Source of the DNA: an uncultured Methanosarcinaceae archaeon
GTDB lineage: Archaea; Halobacteriota; Methanosarcinia; Methanosarcinales; Methanosarcinaceae
Direction: 5' to 3'
DNA length: 64,000 nt
Assembly (NCBI GenBank): GCA_963833425.1
Contig: CAWHXP010000003.1
Coordinates: 256,001-320,000, forward strand
Positions within the stretch are counted from its first letter, which is position 1. Each line of letters opens with the position of its first letter. Positions 12,544 to 23,575 of this stretch are shown here, one piece after another. Both the position numbers and the translations under genes were made by a program. The notes beneath the pieces are model-generated. The model was not told the origin of the DNA, ran no database searches, and was given only the letters and a program-made list of their open reading frames with translations.

Positions 12544-13357
12544 TCACAAAAGGTCAACTTTCCTGGTACTGTGAAAATGGAATTCCATGAAAATAGAACT
12601 TATGAAACAGCAAAAAATAGTAAAACCAGCCGCTGAAACTTTCCTCCCCGAAATCAAGAGAAGATAAATATTCCGAAAGAAAAGCATGAATAGTGACCAG
12701 TTTCAACGCTTAAGCTACAGTTAGTGCGCTTGGTGGAAGGCCTGAACATCTCATTGAGGCAACAAAAGACTGGATAGTTGGGAGAGTGCGCACGTTGTCG
12801 GTTGCAATAATGTAAAATAAAGCATAATATAGGCATGCTAACCTTGTTAATTGTTAAAGAACTAATAGCAAACAACTTGCTTGTGATCACAAGTATCTGT
12901 ATCGCAATTGCCTGTGCAGAAGCCGAGCTTCTTATTTTGAAAGCCTCCGAACTTGCCAGTGACGGGCTAAAAGTGGTATTGAGATGTGTGGTACACCTCC
13001 AGTATTGCATATGTACTCCTGCATTGACGTCAGTCGCATCCTGTTACTCTCATCAATCCTGCAGGGCCTACTGGACTTGATATAAGCAATCCTTCAGAAG
13101 CAAGAACGGCTTTTAATGAATAAGTGAAAAAGCAGTCAGTATCGTGGCTTATGTAATCGCCTATGGAGTCCTCGTTGTTTCTTGGCACTAGTCTGCCTGT
13201 TCTTTGAAGCCAGGAGTTAGAGCCCTTCTAACAAGAAGCTTAAACAATGATATTGGAGCAAGCTTTCTGGTTGAGCCTGATCCATTAAAGCCGCATACTG
13301 ATGCTTGAGCATATTAAGTGAAATAGAAGAGCATTGGGCTTGAACTCAGTCAGGTGA
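12544..13357 (+). pseudogene. cooS: Monofunctional Ni-CO dehydrogenase CooS, C-terminal relic
   Basis: Across frames: KVNFPGTVKMEFHE, KINIPKEK, ALGG, VVGCNNVK, KELIANNLLVIT, TPPVLHM, SCIDVSRIL, SEKAVSI, FLVEPDPLK, RRALGL. These are collinear CooS motifs with many stops and frameshifts. Confidence 0.85.
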
Positions 13358-13363
13358 TTCGTG

Positions 13364-13466
13364 ATGAGCGATTTAATGATCCTGCCAGAAAGCTCCTAGG
13401 ATGCCGCTCTGAGATATAGCCTGAGCTGTTGCCTATTCAATGAGTAAAAGCTATTTTCAGCTTTAG
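13364..13466 (+). pseudogene. cooF: N-terminal relic of CooF-like 4Fe-4S protein
   Basis: MSDLMILPE..LGCRS-EI-A*AVAYSMSKS resembles decayed CxGCRSCEIACAV. It follows cooS with an AGGTGA RBS. Confidence 0.55.
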
Positions 13467-13549
13467 AAGATCATCCGCCCCCAAAATGAAAAACGCTTAA
13501 ATACATCGAAGTCCGATTTTGTGCAGAACCGATATGATGGAGAATATCT

Positions 13550-14848
13550 ATGGAACAGACCAAGATCATCCTTGACGAAAATGAAATTCCTAAAAAGTGG
13601 TATAACGTTCTTTCTGACTTACCTTCTCCTATTGATCCGCCTCTTGATCCCCAGATCAGGGAATCTATAAATCCCGGAGATCTTGAGCCTATTTTTCCAA
13701 AAGCTATTATTAAACAGGAGATGAGTGATGAAAGATATATTGATATCCCTGAAGAGATTCTCGAGATATATAAGCTCTGGAGACCCAGCCCTTTATATAG
13801 AGCATACAGGCTGGAAAAGTTTCTCAAAACACCTGCAAAGATATATTACAAATACGAAGGTGCAAGTCCGGCAGGCAGTCATAAGACTAATACTTCAATT
13901 GCGCAGGCCTACTATAATATGAAAGAAGGAACTGAGAGGATTACAACAGAAACCGGGGCAGGGCAATGGGGAAGTGCACTTTCTCTTGGATGTAACTATT
14001 TCGATCTCGAATGTAAAATATATATGGTCCGTTCCAGCTATTACCAGAAACCCTACAGAAAATCTCTTATGAATGTATGGGGAGCAAATGTTGTTCCCTC
14101 ACCTAGTAAGGATACGAAATTCGGGAGAAAAATACTTGAAGAGCAGCCAAACACGCCAGGAAGTTTGGGAATAGCAATCAGTGAAGCTGTCGAGGATGCA
14201 GTAGACCATGATAATACCAAGTACTCTTTAGGAAGTGTTCTTAACCATGTCTTGCTCCACCAGACTATAATTGGAGCTGAAAGCAAAAAACAGCTTGAAA
14301 AGGTTGAAACCTACCCTGATATCATTATAGGCTGTTGCGGGGGAGGAAGCAATCTTGGAGGCATTTCCTTTGAATTCATTAAGGACAGAATTAAGGGAAA
14401 AAGAAACGCTAGAGTAATCGCAGTCGAACCTTCGGCATGCCCAACTCTGACAGAAGGAGAATACAGGTACGACTTTGGAGATACTGCCGAAATGACCCCA
14501 CTTCTAAAAATGTACACTTTAGGCCATAAGCATGTGCCCCCTGCAATCCATGCAGGCGGGCTTCGCTATCATGGAGCCTCTCCGATTATCAGCAAACTCT
14601 GTGCTGAAGGACTTATTGAAGCTGTTTCATACAATCAATATCCTGTATTCGATGCAGCCGTCCAGTTTGCTCGAACTGAAGGCATAGTCCCCGCTCCGGA
14701 ATCATCCCATGCTATCCGTTGTGCAATCGATGAAGCCCTCAAGTGCAATCAGAAAGGAGAAGAAAAAACAATTCTTTTTAACCTTAGTGGTCATGGTTAT
14801 TTTGACATGAGTTCTTACGATATGTATTTCAACAAAGAACTTGTCTGA
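13550..14848 (+). CDS. trpB2: Tryptophan synthase beta chain 2 (TrpB2, stand-alone)
   Basis: GSHKTN PLP lysine, [29 protein letters not shown]. Confidence 0.96.
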   Translation: MEQTKIILDENEIPKKWYNVLSDLPSPIDPPLDPQIRESINPGDLEPIFPKAIIKQEMSDERYIDIPEEILEIYKLWRPSPLYRAYRLEKFLKTPAKIYYKYEGASPAGSHKTNTSIAQAYYNMKEGTERITTETGAGQWGSALSLGCNYFDLECKIYMVRSSYYQKPYRKSLMNVWGANVVPSPSKDTKFGRKILEEQPNTPGSLGIAISEAVEDAVDHDNTKYSLGSVLNHVLLHQTIIGAESKKQLEKVETYPDIIIGCCGGGSNLGGISFEFIKDRIKGKRNARVIAVEPSACPTLTEGEYRYDFGDTAEMTPLLKMYTLGHKHVPPAIHAGGLRYHGASPIISKLCAEGLIEAVSYNQYPVFDAAVQFARTEGIVPAPESSHAIRCAIDEALKCNQKGEEKTILFNLSGHGYFDMSSYDMYFNKELV

Positions 14849-14898
14849 AATAACCTAAAAAAGTAAGATCAGAAAGGTAATGATAAAACTAAATGTGA

Positions 14899-14914
14899 GA
14901 TGCCTTAAGGCATC
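14899..14914. terminator. Perfect 16-bp palindrome GATGCCTTAAGGCATC downstream of trpB2
   Basis: Self-complementary sequence 50 bp after the stop codon; function inferred. Confidence 0.4.
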
Positions 14915-15066
14915 CACTACTTAATATATTCAAAAGTTTCTCAACACTTCCCTAGAGAAAGGATTGAATTTTAATTTGCGCATTTGACTCAGAAGAATAT
15001 TTATCTATATTTTTGTTAAACAACTTCAATAGTCTGTTTACCCCATAATTCCTTATTTTCCTAATA

Positions 15067-15921
15067 GGTTCCGTTGCAAAAACTTCGGAATAAGCATGTA
15101 AATCTATAAGTTATAAATAAAAGTTAAAAGATCCGAGGGAAATATACCAACATTATAAAATTATACTAAACAATTGATCAATATATTCGACTTCATTAAG
15201 AACAGAGTAATTTAGATTATTGACTTGTCTTTTTTTAACCATTTCATAGCTTCAATTCCTTTTAAAGTCTTACTAGCAGAGCGAAAAGACTGAAAGCCTA
15301 ACATTGAATTAACTATCCGCTTTATAGACCTATGATCTTGTTCTATAATGTTATTCAAATACTTTACTTTCTAATTTCAACCCTTTTAGACAACTTTTTT
15401 TCGTTTTTCAGTTCATTTATGGCAATAGGATAAGCTGGATTCTTATCAACTGTTATTATTCTTGGAATTTGATTGTGATTTGAACTCAAAGCTTTCTTAA
15501 GGAATCCCTTTGCTGCTTTTCTATTTCGTTTTGAACTTAACATGAAATCAATTGTGTCTCCATCCGAGTCAACTGCTCTGTAAAGATATTTCCATTTACC
15601 TTTTACTTTTATATAAGTTTCATCAACTTTCCATGAATCATTAGTCGGTCTTAAATGTCTACGTATCTTCTTTTCTATCTCAGGAGAATATTGATGTACC
15701 CATCCCATTATAGTACTGTGATCAACTTGAATTCCTCTTTCTATCATCATTTCCTTTAAATTTCTATAGCTCAATGGATATTTTAAGTACTATCTTACAT
15801 TAATAGGATAATTTCTCCTTCTTAATGCTCTCCCATTTAAAGAAATTAGATAGCATATTACTATCTTTGGTTTTCTTTTATTCTATTGTTATACTTAGAA
15901 AAGATTTTTTTCAACGGAACC
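15067..15921 (-). mobile_element. IS6-family element, both ends present, transposase frameshifted
   Basis: TIR GGTTCCGTTGCAAAAA at 15067 and a 15/16 inverse ending at 15921. Tnp motifs LSYRNLKEMM, WKVDETYIKVKGKWKYLYRAVD, TVDKNPAY, LNNIIEQDHR are split by stops and frameshifts. Confidence 0.93.
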
Positions 15922-16107
15922 AAATAAACCTAATTAAAGAAAAAAGGACTGAAGGGGTACTTGAGGAAGATAACCTCATGTACTTTCATGCTAAATATAA
16001 TCAAAATAACTCAAGTAACATGAATTCGAAAAAATAAAAATAAGGGTTGCTCATAATTCACAGTCATTATTATTTGATCAGAACATAAATTTCAAGAGGT
16101 TTTTTAA

Positions 16108-17577
16108 GTGGATGTACAAGAATGGGAACAGCGTCATAAAGAAGCTTTTTATAACGTCAAAGAAACCATTCCTTATCTGGACGGGATGTTTGTAGCTTAC
16201 AATAGCAATATAGACGCAATCAAACACCTTACTGAAGCAGATATTTCCAAGCTGATCGGACTTTTTAAAGAGGATGAAATTATTGAAAGGATTGAAACAT
16301 ATCCTAGGGAAATAAATGATCCACTAGATTTCATGGCACGATTGCTCATTTCAATGCGAGAAGGTAAAGCTGCTGAAATCCCTACTTATAACTCAGATAT
16401 CCACGAATGGCTTAAGGAGCATTTGGGTTTTGACTATGCTGGGATGGGCGGCCAAGCCGGGATCATTTCAAATCTTCTTTCATCCTTGGAGCTGAAAAAA
16501 GTTGTGGTATATATACCATGGCTTTCTCAAGAGCAAGCGGAATACTTTGTAGATACTAACAATCTCTTTCACCCGAAGATGGAAAATGGGAAAGTCTTTT
16601 TAAAGCACCCACGAGAAGCTTTCAAATCCAACATTGGATCAAAAGTGAACTGGATCCTTGAGTACTCAAAAAATCTTAAAGTAAGCTGTGATGGAAGAAA
16701 CTTCAATGTGCCTAGAGATAATCGCTTGATTATTTCTTCTCGCCCCAAATGGCTCCGCCTGGATGTGGACAAAGAAATTTATGAACAGATTGATTCCATT
16801 TTCCCGATTGATGGGGCAATACTTTCAGGTTATCAGATAATAAAAGAGGAGTATGACGATGGATCCACATACAAAGATCGTGTTGCAAGTTCTGTTCAGA
16901 TTATTGAAAAACTAAAATCCTTAAACCCTGAACTCCGTATCCATGTCGAACTCACATCTATCCAGGATAGGGTGATAAGAAAGGCTATCTTGACAGAAAT
17001 TGTTGCCAAACATGTTCATTCCCTGGGCCTTGATACTGTTGAGGTAGCAAATGCTTTGAATGTGCTTGGCCATGAAGAACTTTCTTATTCAGTTATCATG
17101 AAACAGGAATACGGGATAACATCTCTTTACCAGGGAGCTGTCCAACTTTTAAAGGACCTGTCGCTTGAAAGAGTACATGTACATTCTCTTGGTTTTTATA
17201 TCTGTATATTGGTGAAAGGTCACCCCCTTACGCTTAAAGAACACAGGGACTCTCTTCTATTTTCCTCAATCTTGGCAGCTGCTAAGGCTATCAAGGGAAA
17301 TATTGGGAATTTTATGGAGGCAGAGATTGGATTGGAGGTTCCTATTTCAAGTGACGGAATCGAAGATCTGGAAAACTTCAAACTTTATTGCGTTGGTCGA
17401 AAGCTATGTAGTCTGGAAGAGTCTGAGTATGGCTATCTCTATGGTCCAGATCATGATGCTATCATTATTCCCACAAAGGTCGTTAACAAGCCGAAGGCGA
17501 CGGTAGGTATAGGGGATTCAATTTCTGCAGGGGCTTTTGTTGCCATGCTTGCAAAAATAAAGCAAAACAAGTCATAA
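16108..17577 (+). CDS. pfkC: ADP-dependent phosphofructokinase (ADP-PFK/GK family)
   Basis: YNSNIDA, MGGQAGI, PRDNRLIISSRP, TVGIGD. Residues are PFK-type. Confidence 0.9.
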   Translation: MDVQEWEQRHKEAFYNVKETIPYLDGMFVAYNSNIDAIKHLTEADISKLIGLFKEDEIIERIETYPREINDPLDFMARLLISMREGKAAEIPTYNSDIHEWLKEHLGFDYAGMGGQAGIISNLLSSLELKKVVVYIPWLSQEQAEYFVDTNNLFHPKMENGKVFLKHPREAFKSNIGSKVNWILEYSKNLKVSCDGRNFNVPRDNRLIISSRPKWLRLDVDKEIYEQIDSIFPIDGAILSGYQIIKEEYDDGSTYKDRVASSVQIIEKLKSLNPELRIHVELTSIQDRVIRKAILTEIVAKHVHSLGLDTVEVANALNVLGHEELSYSVIMKQEYGITSLYQGAVQLLKDLSLERVHVHSLGFYICILVKGHPLTLKEHRDSLLFSSILAAAKAIKGNIGNFMEAEIGLEVPISSDGIEDLENFKLYCVGRKLCSLEESEYGYLYGPDHDAIIIPTKVVNKPKATVGIGDSISAGAFVAMLAKIKQNKS

Positions 17578-17638
17578 TTCTTCAACCTGTTTAAGATGTA
17601 AGCTACTCATTTGTGGAAATTAATGTGGAACTGGTTAA

Positions 17639-19099
17639 ATGAAAATACTATGTGGATACAATGTCAACGTAGACTCGGTATATAGGATAAGTGGAACCGA
17701 AATTTCGGAACTACTGAAAAATCTCGAAATGATTGAGATCCTTGAAAAAATAGACAAACCTCCTGGGAAAATATTTTCAAAATCGGATTTTGTAGCCGGG
17801 CTTGTCTATTGTATGAAAAATGGATGCGGAGGTGAGTGGCTCATTTTTGAGCAGGCTGTTTTCGAATTTCTTAAAACCAGTTATTTTGAAAAATCTATTC
17901 TTAAAATGGGTGGAAACGCCGGAATAATGGCTAATACCCTCTCCCAGCTCGGAGCTGATAGGGTAATTCCAAATGTCGCTGTACCCTCCAGAATTCAACT
18001 TTCTTTGTTTTCAAAAAAATCAATTTATTTTCCCCCACCCCCCCTGCAGAGAAAGAATAGTTCGGGGGCTGAATCCGCAGGAGATATGGACATTGTTTCC
18101 AGCAATCAGGATGCTATTCATTTCGTGTTTGATTTTTCAGAAGGGGATACTTTTCCCCTATATGGAACGCAGATCAGAGTTCCAAGGGAAAATCGTTTTA
18201 TAGCAACTTACGACCATTTAAACTTTAGGCTCTTTGTAAATCCTGCATTTGAGAAATATGCCCTTGAACACGCTTGCGAGATTGATGGTGCGCTTATATC
18301 AGGTTTTCATCTCCTCCTTGAGACCGATACTGATGGCAGCAGTTACAAAAGGATTCTGGGAAATGCTCTATGTCATATCAGACGTTGGAAGGCCTTAAAT
18401 TATAACCTTCGGGTTTCCCTTGAGTTCGGACATTTTACAAGCAAAGAAATCGCAAGTTCAGTCTTCCTGGAGTTTGCATCTATTTGCGATAGTATTGGAA
18501 TGAACGAAGATGAACTTGCGATGCTCCGTCATTTTCACGGAGTCCCCGAGAAAGAACTTTTGCACATGGAAGCAGAAGCTGTGGCAAATGCAACATTTGG
18601 ACTGGCTTCGCAGTGCGGGCTTAAAAAACTTATAATTCATACAAGGGAATTTGTGCTGACCGCATTTAAGCAAAATTTTGAACCAAATTTGAAATCTATC
18701 CCAGAAAGATCTTTAGATTTTCAAATTTCAAGAAAATTGATGGATTTCGAAGGTTCAAGTCTACAAAAAATTGCTAGACAAAAAATTGAAACCTTGATGT
18801 TCGGAGTGAGCTGTGCGGGAGCATATGCAAACTCAGGAAGGCTCGAAGGGAGGGAATTTGTGTACGAGGAAGCTTCAAAACTTCGAGAAAGCGATATTGG
18901 ACGGGAGCAACTTGATATTTTCCTTAAAGCGTTCAAAGGACAGGCTTTTGACAAGGGAGCTTATGCATTTAAGGGAGAGTATATTCTCTGCATGCTTCCT
19001 ACACTGCTTTCTAAATTTCCGATAACTACTGTAGGACTTGGGGATACATTCATGGCGGGTATCTTTCTAAGGGAGCTGGAGTTGGATGTACAGGCTTAA
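17639..19099 (+). CDS. ADP-dependent glucokinase (ADP-PFK/GK family paralog)
   Basis: GYNVNVD, MGGNAGI, IHFVFDF, PRENRFIATYD, TTVGLGD. Residues are GK-type. Confidence 0.85.
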   Translation: MKILCGYNVNVDSVYRISGTEISELLKNLEMIEILEKIDKPPGKIFSKSDFVAGLVYCMKNGCGGEWLIFEQAVFEFLKTSYFEKSILKMGGNAGIMANTLSQLGADRVIPNVAVPSRIQLSLFSKKSIYFPPPPLQRKNSSGAESAGDMDIVSSNQDAIHFVFDFSEGDTFPLYGTQIRVPRENRFIATYDHLNFRLFVNPAFEKYALEHACEIDGALISGFHLLLETDTDGSSYKRILGNALCHIRRWKALNYNLRVSLEFGHFTSKEIASSVFLEFASICDSIGMNEDELAMLRHFHGVPEKELLHMEAEAVANATFGLASQCGLKKLIIHTREFVLTAFKQNFEPNLKSIPERSLDFQISRKLMDFEGSSLQKIARQKIETLMFGVSCAGAYANSGRLEGREFVYEEASKLRESDIGREQLDIFLKAFKGQAFDKGAYAFKGEYILCMLPTLLSKFPITTVGLGDTFMAGIFLRELELDVQA

Positions 19100-19931
19100 G
19101 CCTAAAATTTTTGACCTTAACTATACTCTTGACTGCGGACAGGTTTTTCGCTGGGAAGGAGATGGAGATTGGTGGATAGGAGTTTTAGGAGACCATGTTG
19201 TTAGGATTTCTCAGGGAGATGGAAAACTGATTGTCGATTCTAAACTTCCCCCTAATTTTTTTACAAATTATTTCCGTCTAGACGACGACTTACTTTCAAT
19301 TTACAAAAGCATAGACAAGGACCTTCTGATAAACAAGGCAATCATGAAATACAGAGGGTTGAGATTGATCAGGCAAGATCCCTGGGAATGTTTGATTTCT
19401 TATATGCTCGCTACAGCTTCAAACATTCCTATGATCCAGAAAAGGATCAATCTACTTAGCTACTTCTTCGGGCAGGAAATCGAAGAAGGATACTTCAGTT
19501 TTCCAGATCCACAAACCCTTGCAAATGCTGACCTTTCTATGCTTGGGAAATGTAAACTGGGTTTCAGAACAGAGTGCATTAAAGATGCAGCTCAAAAAGT
19601 GTGTTCAGGAGAGCTGGATCTAGATGCTGTTTCCAGTTTAGAATATAGATATAGTAGAGATCACCTTATGAGGCTCAGAGGTATAGGGGAAAAAGTAGCT
19701 GATTGTGTTCTTCTGTTTGGTTTCGAGGAAATGGAAAGCTTTCCGGTAGATACTCACATCAGGCAGATCATCCAGCAAAATCACATATACAACAAATTCT
19801 TTAAAAATTGCTCTAACTTGAGCAAAATGGGGGATTGGGGTCGTGAATACTTTGGACCATATTGTGGATATGCACAGCAGTATCTCTTTTATCAGAAAAG
19901 ACAATCTATAAAAAAATCTGTTTATTTTTAA
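19086..19931 (+). CDS. 8-oxoguanine DNA glycosylase (OGG1-like HhH-GPD)
   Basis: TLDCGQVFRW, GLRLIRQDPWE, HhH LRGIGEKVADC, FPVDTH, GYAQQYLF. Confidence 0.92.
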   Translation: MYRLKPKIFDLNYTLDCGQVFRWEGDGDWWIGVLGDHVVRISQGDGKLIVDSKLPPNFFTNYFRLDDDLLSIYKSIDKDLLINKAIMKYRGLRLIRQDPWECLISYMLATASNIPMIQKRINLLSYFFGQEIEEGYFSFPDPQTLANADLSMLGKCKLGFRTECIKDAAQKVCSGELDLDAVSSLEYRYSRDHLMRLRGIGEKVADCVLLFGFEEMESFPVDTHIRQIIQQNHIYNKFFKNCSNLSKMGDWGREYFGPYCGYAQQYLFYQKRQSIKKSVYF

Positions 19932-20558
19932 GGTTTGTATATTGTCATATGGATGAATTTATTCCTGTTGGATTTATTAAGTTATGATAAATAATTTGAT
20001 TTTATTTGAATCGGATACATAATACTTTTGTATCTATATCTCTCGATATTTTTGACTGTTTTTATTTAATATTTATACCGAAGACTAATCACATTTCATT
20101 AAATATTGGGATATTTACTTTTAACGAGTTAGATCTATAAAACTTGTTGTATAGCTCAGATCAAAAATATTCCAATTTTTATTCGATCAAAACCAACTTT
20201 TAAATTTTTTAGGATAAAAATGAGGATTTTCGGATTTAAAAGGGTCCAATTACTTGCTTTAGTGTTTGGATTCACGGCTGACATGCATATTTAATATATT
20301 TAGAGATAGTGGGCTTGATATTGGGCAATTTGAAAAAGAGTTGATGAGAGGGCCAAAGTGATAAAATATTTCCATAACACTCGTTGTTTTGTTTTCTACA
20401 CCGGAAATGTTCTATTTACCTTTATATCCAGATTAAGAGTTCCACCATTGCAAGCTCAAAACATGGATTTTTTGGCTCTTATGCTTGATCTTTTTGGATC
20501 GACATATGACTTTATGACAAGCTCATATTTAATATTTTTTTGTTAATTTTATCCTATT

Positions 20559-21479
20559 TTATGATATAATACTTAAAAATTGTGGCTCTGTAGAAATCCT
20601 CAATTTGATGCCAATTACCTCTACAACTTTTTTATTTATGTTGTATATTATTAATTTAATTTTAATCTCTTTCACTTGATAACGGAATTTCCTTGCCCTT
20701 AGTGTTTCTCCTAATTTTCTTTTAACTACAGAAAATATTGTTTCCACGATATTTCTTTGATTATATTTAATTCTGTCAAAGACCAGATTCAACTGTTTTC
20801 TATATTTACCTCTTATTTTCTTTCTTTTTCTCTCTCTTACAGGTATAATTGAATTTGCTTTGATTTCTTCTCTAATTATAGGATGTATTTTTTCTGAATC
20901 AGATCCTTTATCCATTACATAACAATCAGACTTTCTCATCTTATTTGATTGCCTTATCAGAGCATTTGTATGTTTGATTTCATGGTCTGTTTTTTGACTA
21001 ATTTTCCATCCCAATATTATCTTTTTACTCGTGTCCACTGACATTGAAGTTTTCAGGAAGCTTCGAAGAAGCTTCCCTGTTTTTCTGGAATAATAACAAC
21101 TTGCATATGAACTCGTAAATCCTGTTGCGTCAATCGCTGCAACAGAGACATTTTCTCCATATGAGTAAAACAGCTTTAGAATCCTTGACAGAAGAAGGTT
21201 AAACAGAGAGGAGGGAATCCTAGTTACAAACTTTTGAAGGGTAGTGAAATGTGGAATCTTATCAAGAGCAAGTTTTTCTTTTATATCAATCAAAAGGTCA
21301 ATAAGTTCTACAAAATCTCGATAGTCTGTACTAATATACTCTTTCAATAAAACCAGTGAAAGAAGCTGATGCTGAGTATAAACGTGTTTTGAATACTTGC
21401 AGGAATAAAGCTTCAGTCTCGAAGACTGAATAGTTTCAAGACTAGTATCAACAAATTTAATGTACTTATTAAACTTCAA
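20559..21479 (-). CDS. IS5-family DDE transposase
   Basis: PHFTTLQKF, AIDATG, MDKGSDS, YNQRNIVETIFSVVKR. The ORF runs through the TIR and stops in flanking DNA. Confidence 0.92.
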   Translation of the reverse strand: MKFNKYIKFVDTSLETIQSSRLKLYSCKYSKHVYTQHQLLSLVLLKEYISTDYRDFVELIDLLIDIKEKLALDKIPHFTTLQKFVTRIPSSLFNLLLSRILKLFYSYGENVSVAAIDATGFTSSYASCYYSRKTGKLLRSFLKTSMSVDTSKKIILGWKISQKTDHEIKHTNALIRQSNKMRKSDCYVMDKGSDSEKIHPIIREEIKANSIIPVRERKRKKIRGKYRKQLNLVFDRIKYNQRNIVETIFSVVKRKLGETLRARKFRYQVKEIKIKLIIYNINKKVVEVIGIKLRISTEPQFLSIIS

Positions 21480-21586
21480 TATTGAATGTTCCTACATTTT
21501 TAGCGGAAAAAATAAGAAGAATATTATAACTGAATAGTTATAATACTATGGTGTAAAAGTTCAATTTAGAGCATTTCTACAGAGCC
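20584..21586 (-). mobile_element. Intact IS5-family element (ISH1-group-like), 1003 bp
   Basis: TIRs GGCTCTGTAGAAAT / ATTTCTACAGAGCC. 8-bp target duplication AAAATTGT at 20576-20583 and 21587-21594. Confidence 0.95.
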
Positions 21587-21975
21587 AAAATTGTATCATT
21601 CATATCATTTTAAGTCAAGAATTATTTCAATTTATTATTAGTTTTTGAGTTGTTATTCGCTATATATTATAACATATTAACAAAATATAATTTTATAGTT
21701 GAATATATACCTACTGCAGTCCGCAAATAAGTCAGCAATTGCATTTATAAAATTCATTTGCGTTAATTAAGGAATCTGGATTATCAGATTGTGTCAATAG
21801 TGTTGACCAATGATTTACTATTTGAAGTAAATTAAGAAATAAAAATGTCTTAAATAATAGTATAAAGTTAAAATAAGTTTGGAGTGTATACAAATATAGG
21901 AAAACAAAATTTTGGCAGAATGGAAACAAAATTTGGCATTCTTATGTTTTATATATTTGAAAGAAGTTGAGTACC

Positions 21976-22015
21976 TGACACAAGAGATATATCATTGACA
22001 CAAGAGATATATCAT
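21976..22015. repeat. Perfect 20-bp tandem duplication TGACACAAGAGATATATCAT x2
   Basis: Read directly; lies upstream of uppS. Confidence 0.95.
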
Positions 22016-22052
22016 TAAAAGATACAAATTATACCGTTCTCTCAGCCTATAT

Positions 22053-23024
22053 TTGGAGGGAGGCACATTGACAAAGTTGAAAATTAATTTATACCATAGA
22101 GGAGCTTTGGGTGCGGGATTTCGCTTCTTGAAAAACCGCATATTCAATGCATCCTATACACGATACGAGAGTCGGCTCGAAAAAAATATCCAAAATTTTG
22201 AAATCCCTCACCACATAGCCGTTATTATGGATGGAAATCGTAGATATGCAGGAAATATAGGGAAAAGTCGAAGCTTTGGGCACTCAATGGGGGCAAAAGT
22301 TAGTGAAAAGGTAATTGATTGGTGCTATGATATAAAGGTAAAACAGCTCACTCTTTATGCTCTCTCTACGGAAAATTTTCAGCGTCCCGAAGATGAGGTG
22401 GACGGCTTATTTAATCTTATCAATGAAAAATTTTTGAAACTTTATGCCGATCCAAAAACGTATGAGAAAAAAATTCGGGTCCGTATCATAGGTGATAGGT
22501 CAAAATTGCCTGATTTTCTGAATAATTCAATTGAAAAGCTAGAAAAAGCTACGGAACATTGCAATAAATTTCATCTGAACGTGGCAATTGCTTACGGAGG
22601 CCGGCAAGATATTATTCAGGCTGTTCGAGATATTGCAAGTAGTGTTTCCAGTGGGAACCTTTCGTTAGAAGAAGTGAATGAAAATCTCATTTCAAAACAC
22701 CTCTACCCTTCTCCGGGATTCTCAGTTCCGAATGTTGACCTGATAATCCGTACAGGCGGCGATGAAAGAGTTTCTAATTTTCTTTCTTGGCAGGCTAACG
22801 GAAGCGAGTGTGCAGCATATTTTTGCGTTCCGTTCTGGCCCGAATTCAGGAAAATCGACCTTCTTAGATCTGTTAGGGTTTACCAGGCTCGAAAAGCTGA
22901 AAAAGAACAGGAGCACTCGTGTAGAGTCTTAAAAATCATAAATTTCCTGAATATAAGAAAATATGGAGAAAAATGCGAAGACCTCAGAAAGCTTGAGCCA
23001 GCAAAAAAACAGGGAATCTCCTGA
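22053..23024 (+). CDS. uppS: cis-prenyltransferase (polyprenyl/undecaprenyl diphosphate synthase)
   Basis: [38 protein letters not shown]. Start codon uncertain. Confidence 0.94.
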   Translation: MEGGTLTKLKINLYHRGALGAGFRFLKNRIFNASYTRYESRLEKNIQNFEIPHHIAVIMDGNRRYAGNIGKSRSFGHSMGAKVSEKVIDWCYDIKVKQLTLYALSTENFQRPEDEVDGLFNLINEKFLKLYADPKTYEKKIRVRIIGDRSKLPDFLNNSIEKLEKATEHCNKFHLNVAIAYGGRQDIIQAVRDIASSVSSGNLSLEEVNENLISKHLYPSPGFSVPNVDLIIRTGGDERVSNFLSWQANGSECAAYFCVPFWPEFRKIDLLRSVRVYQARKAEKEQEHSCRVLKIINFLNIRKYGEKCEDLRKLEPAKKQGIS

Positions 23025-23575
23025 AACATACTTATTGCTTATAATTGCAATTAGGCGTAATATCACGAATTTGCTGTGAATTCTGGATCTACTTTTTGTG
23101 CACCATGTGTAATTGGTTTCTTAGGATGTGGAATTTATCCACTCAATAACTTATTGGGATTTGTGATTTTGCAGAAAATTATACATGTTATCCAATTAAG
23201 TGAATACAATGCAAAGAATATACATTTTGGAAAAAATTTGTTATAAATTTCGGTCTTTTCTGTGAGTTAAAGAAAACCTTGAGTTCAGGACTTTCTCCAT
23301 ATTAATATAAACTTTCGAAGTACTAATTTTTACTGTGAGGACTGTAAACAGAAACGAAAATTAAATCTTGAACAGAAAACGTTGAGTTTCATGGAAAATA
23401 TGTATGAAATGTTTTCTCTATTTATGCTTAACTGCAGATGTGGGTTTTATTTCATTTTTTAGAACTTCCGGTTACATTTATCAATATCTTCTGGTATTTT
23501 AAGGTTTGATTCTTAGATCTATTTGTTTGGTTTAGGAAACTAAAGCTAATTATCAGCATTCAAAGGCATCAAAAT

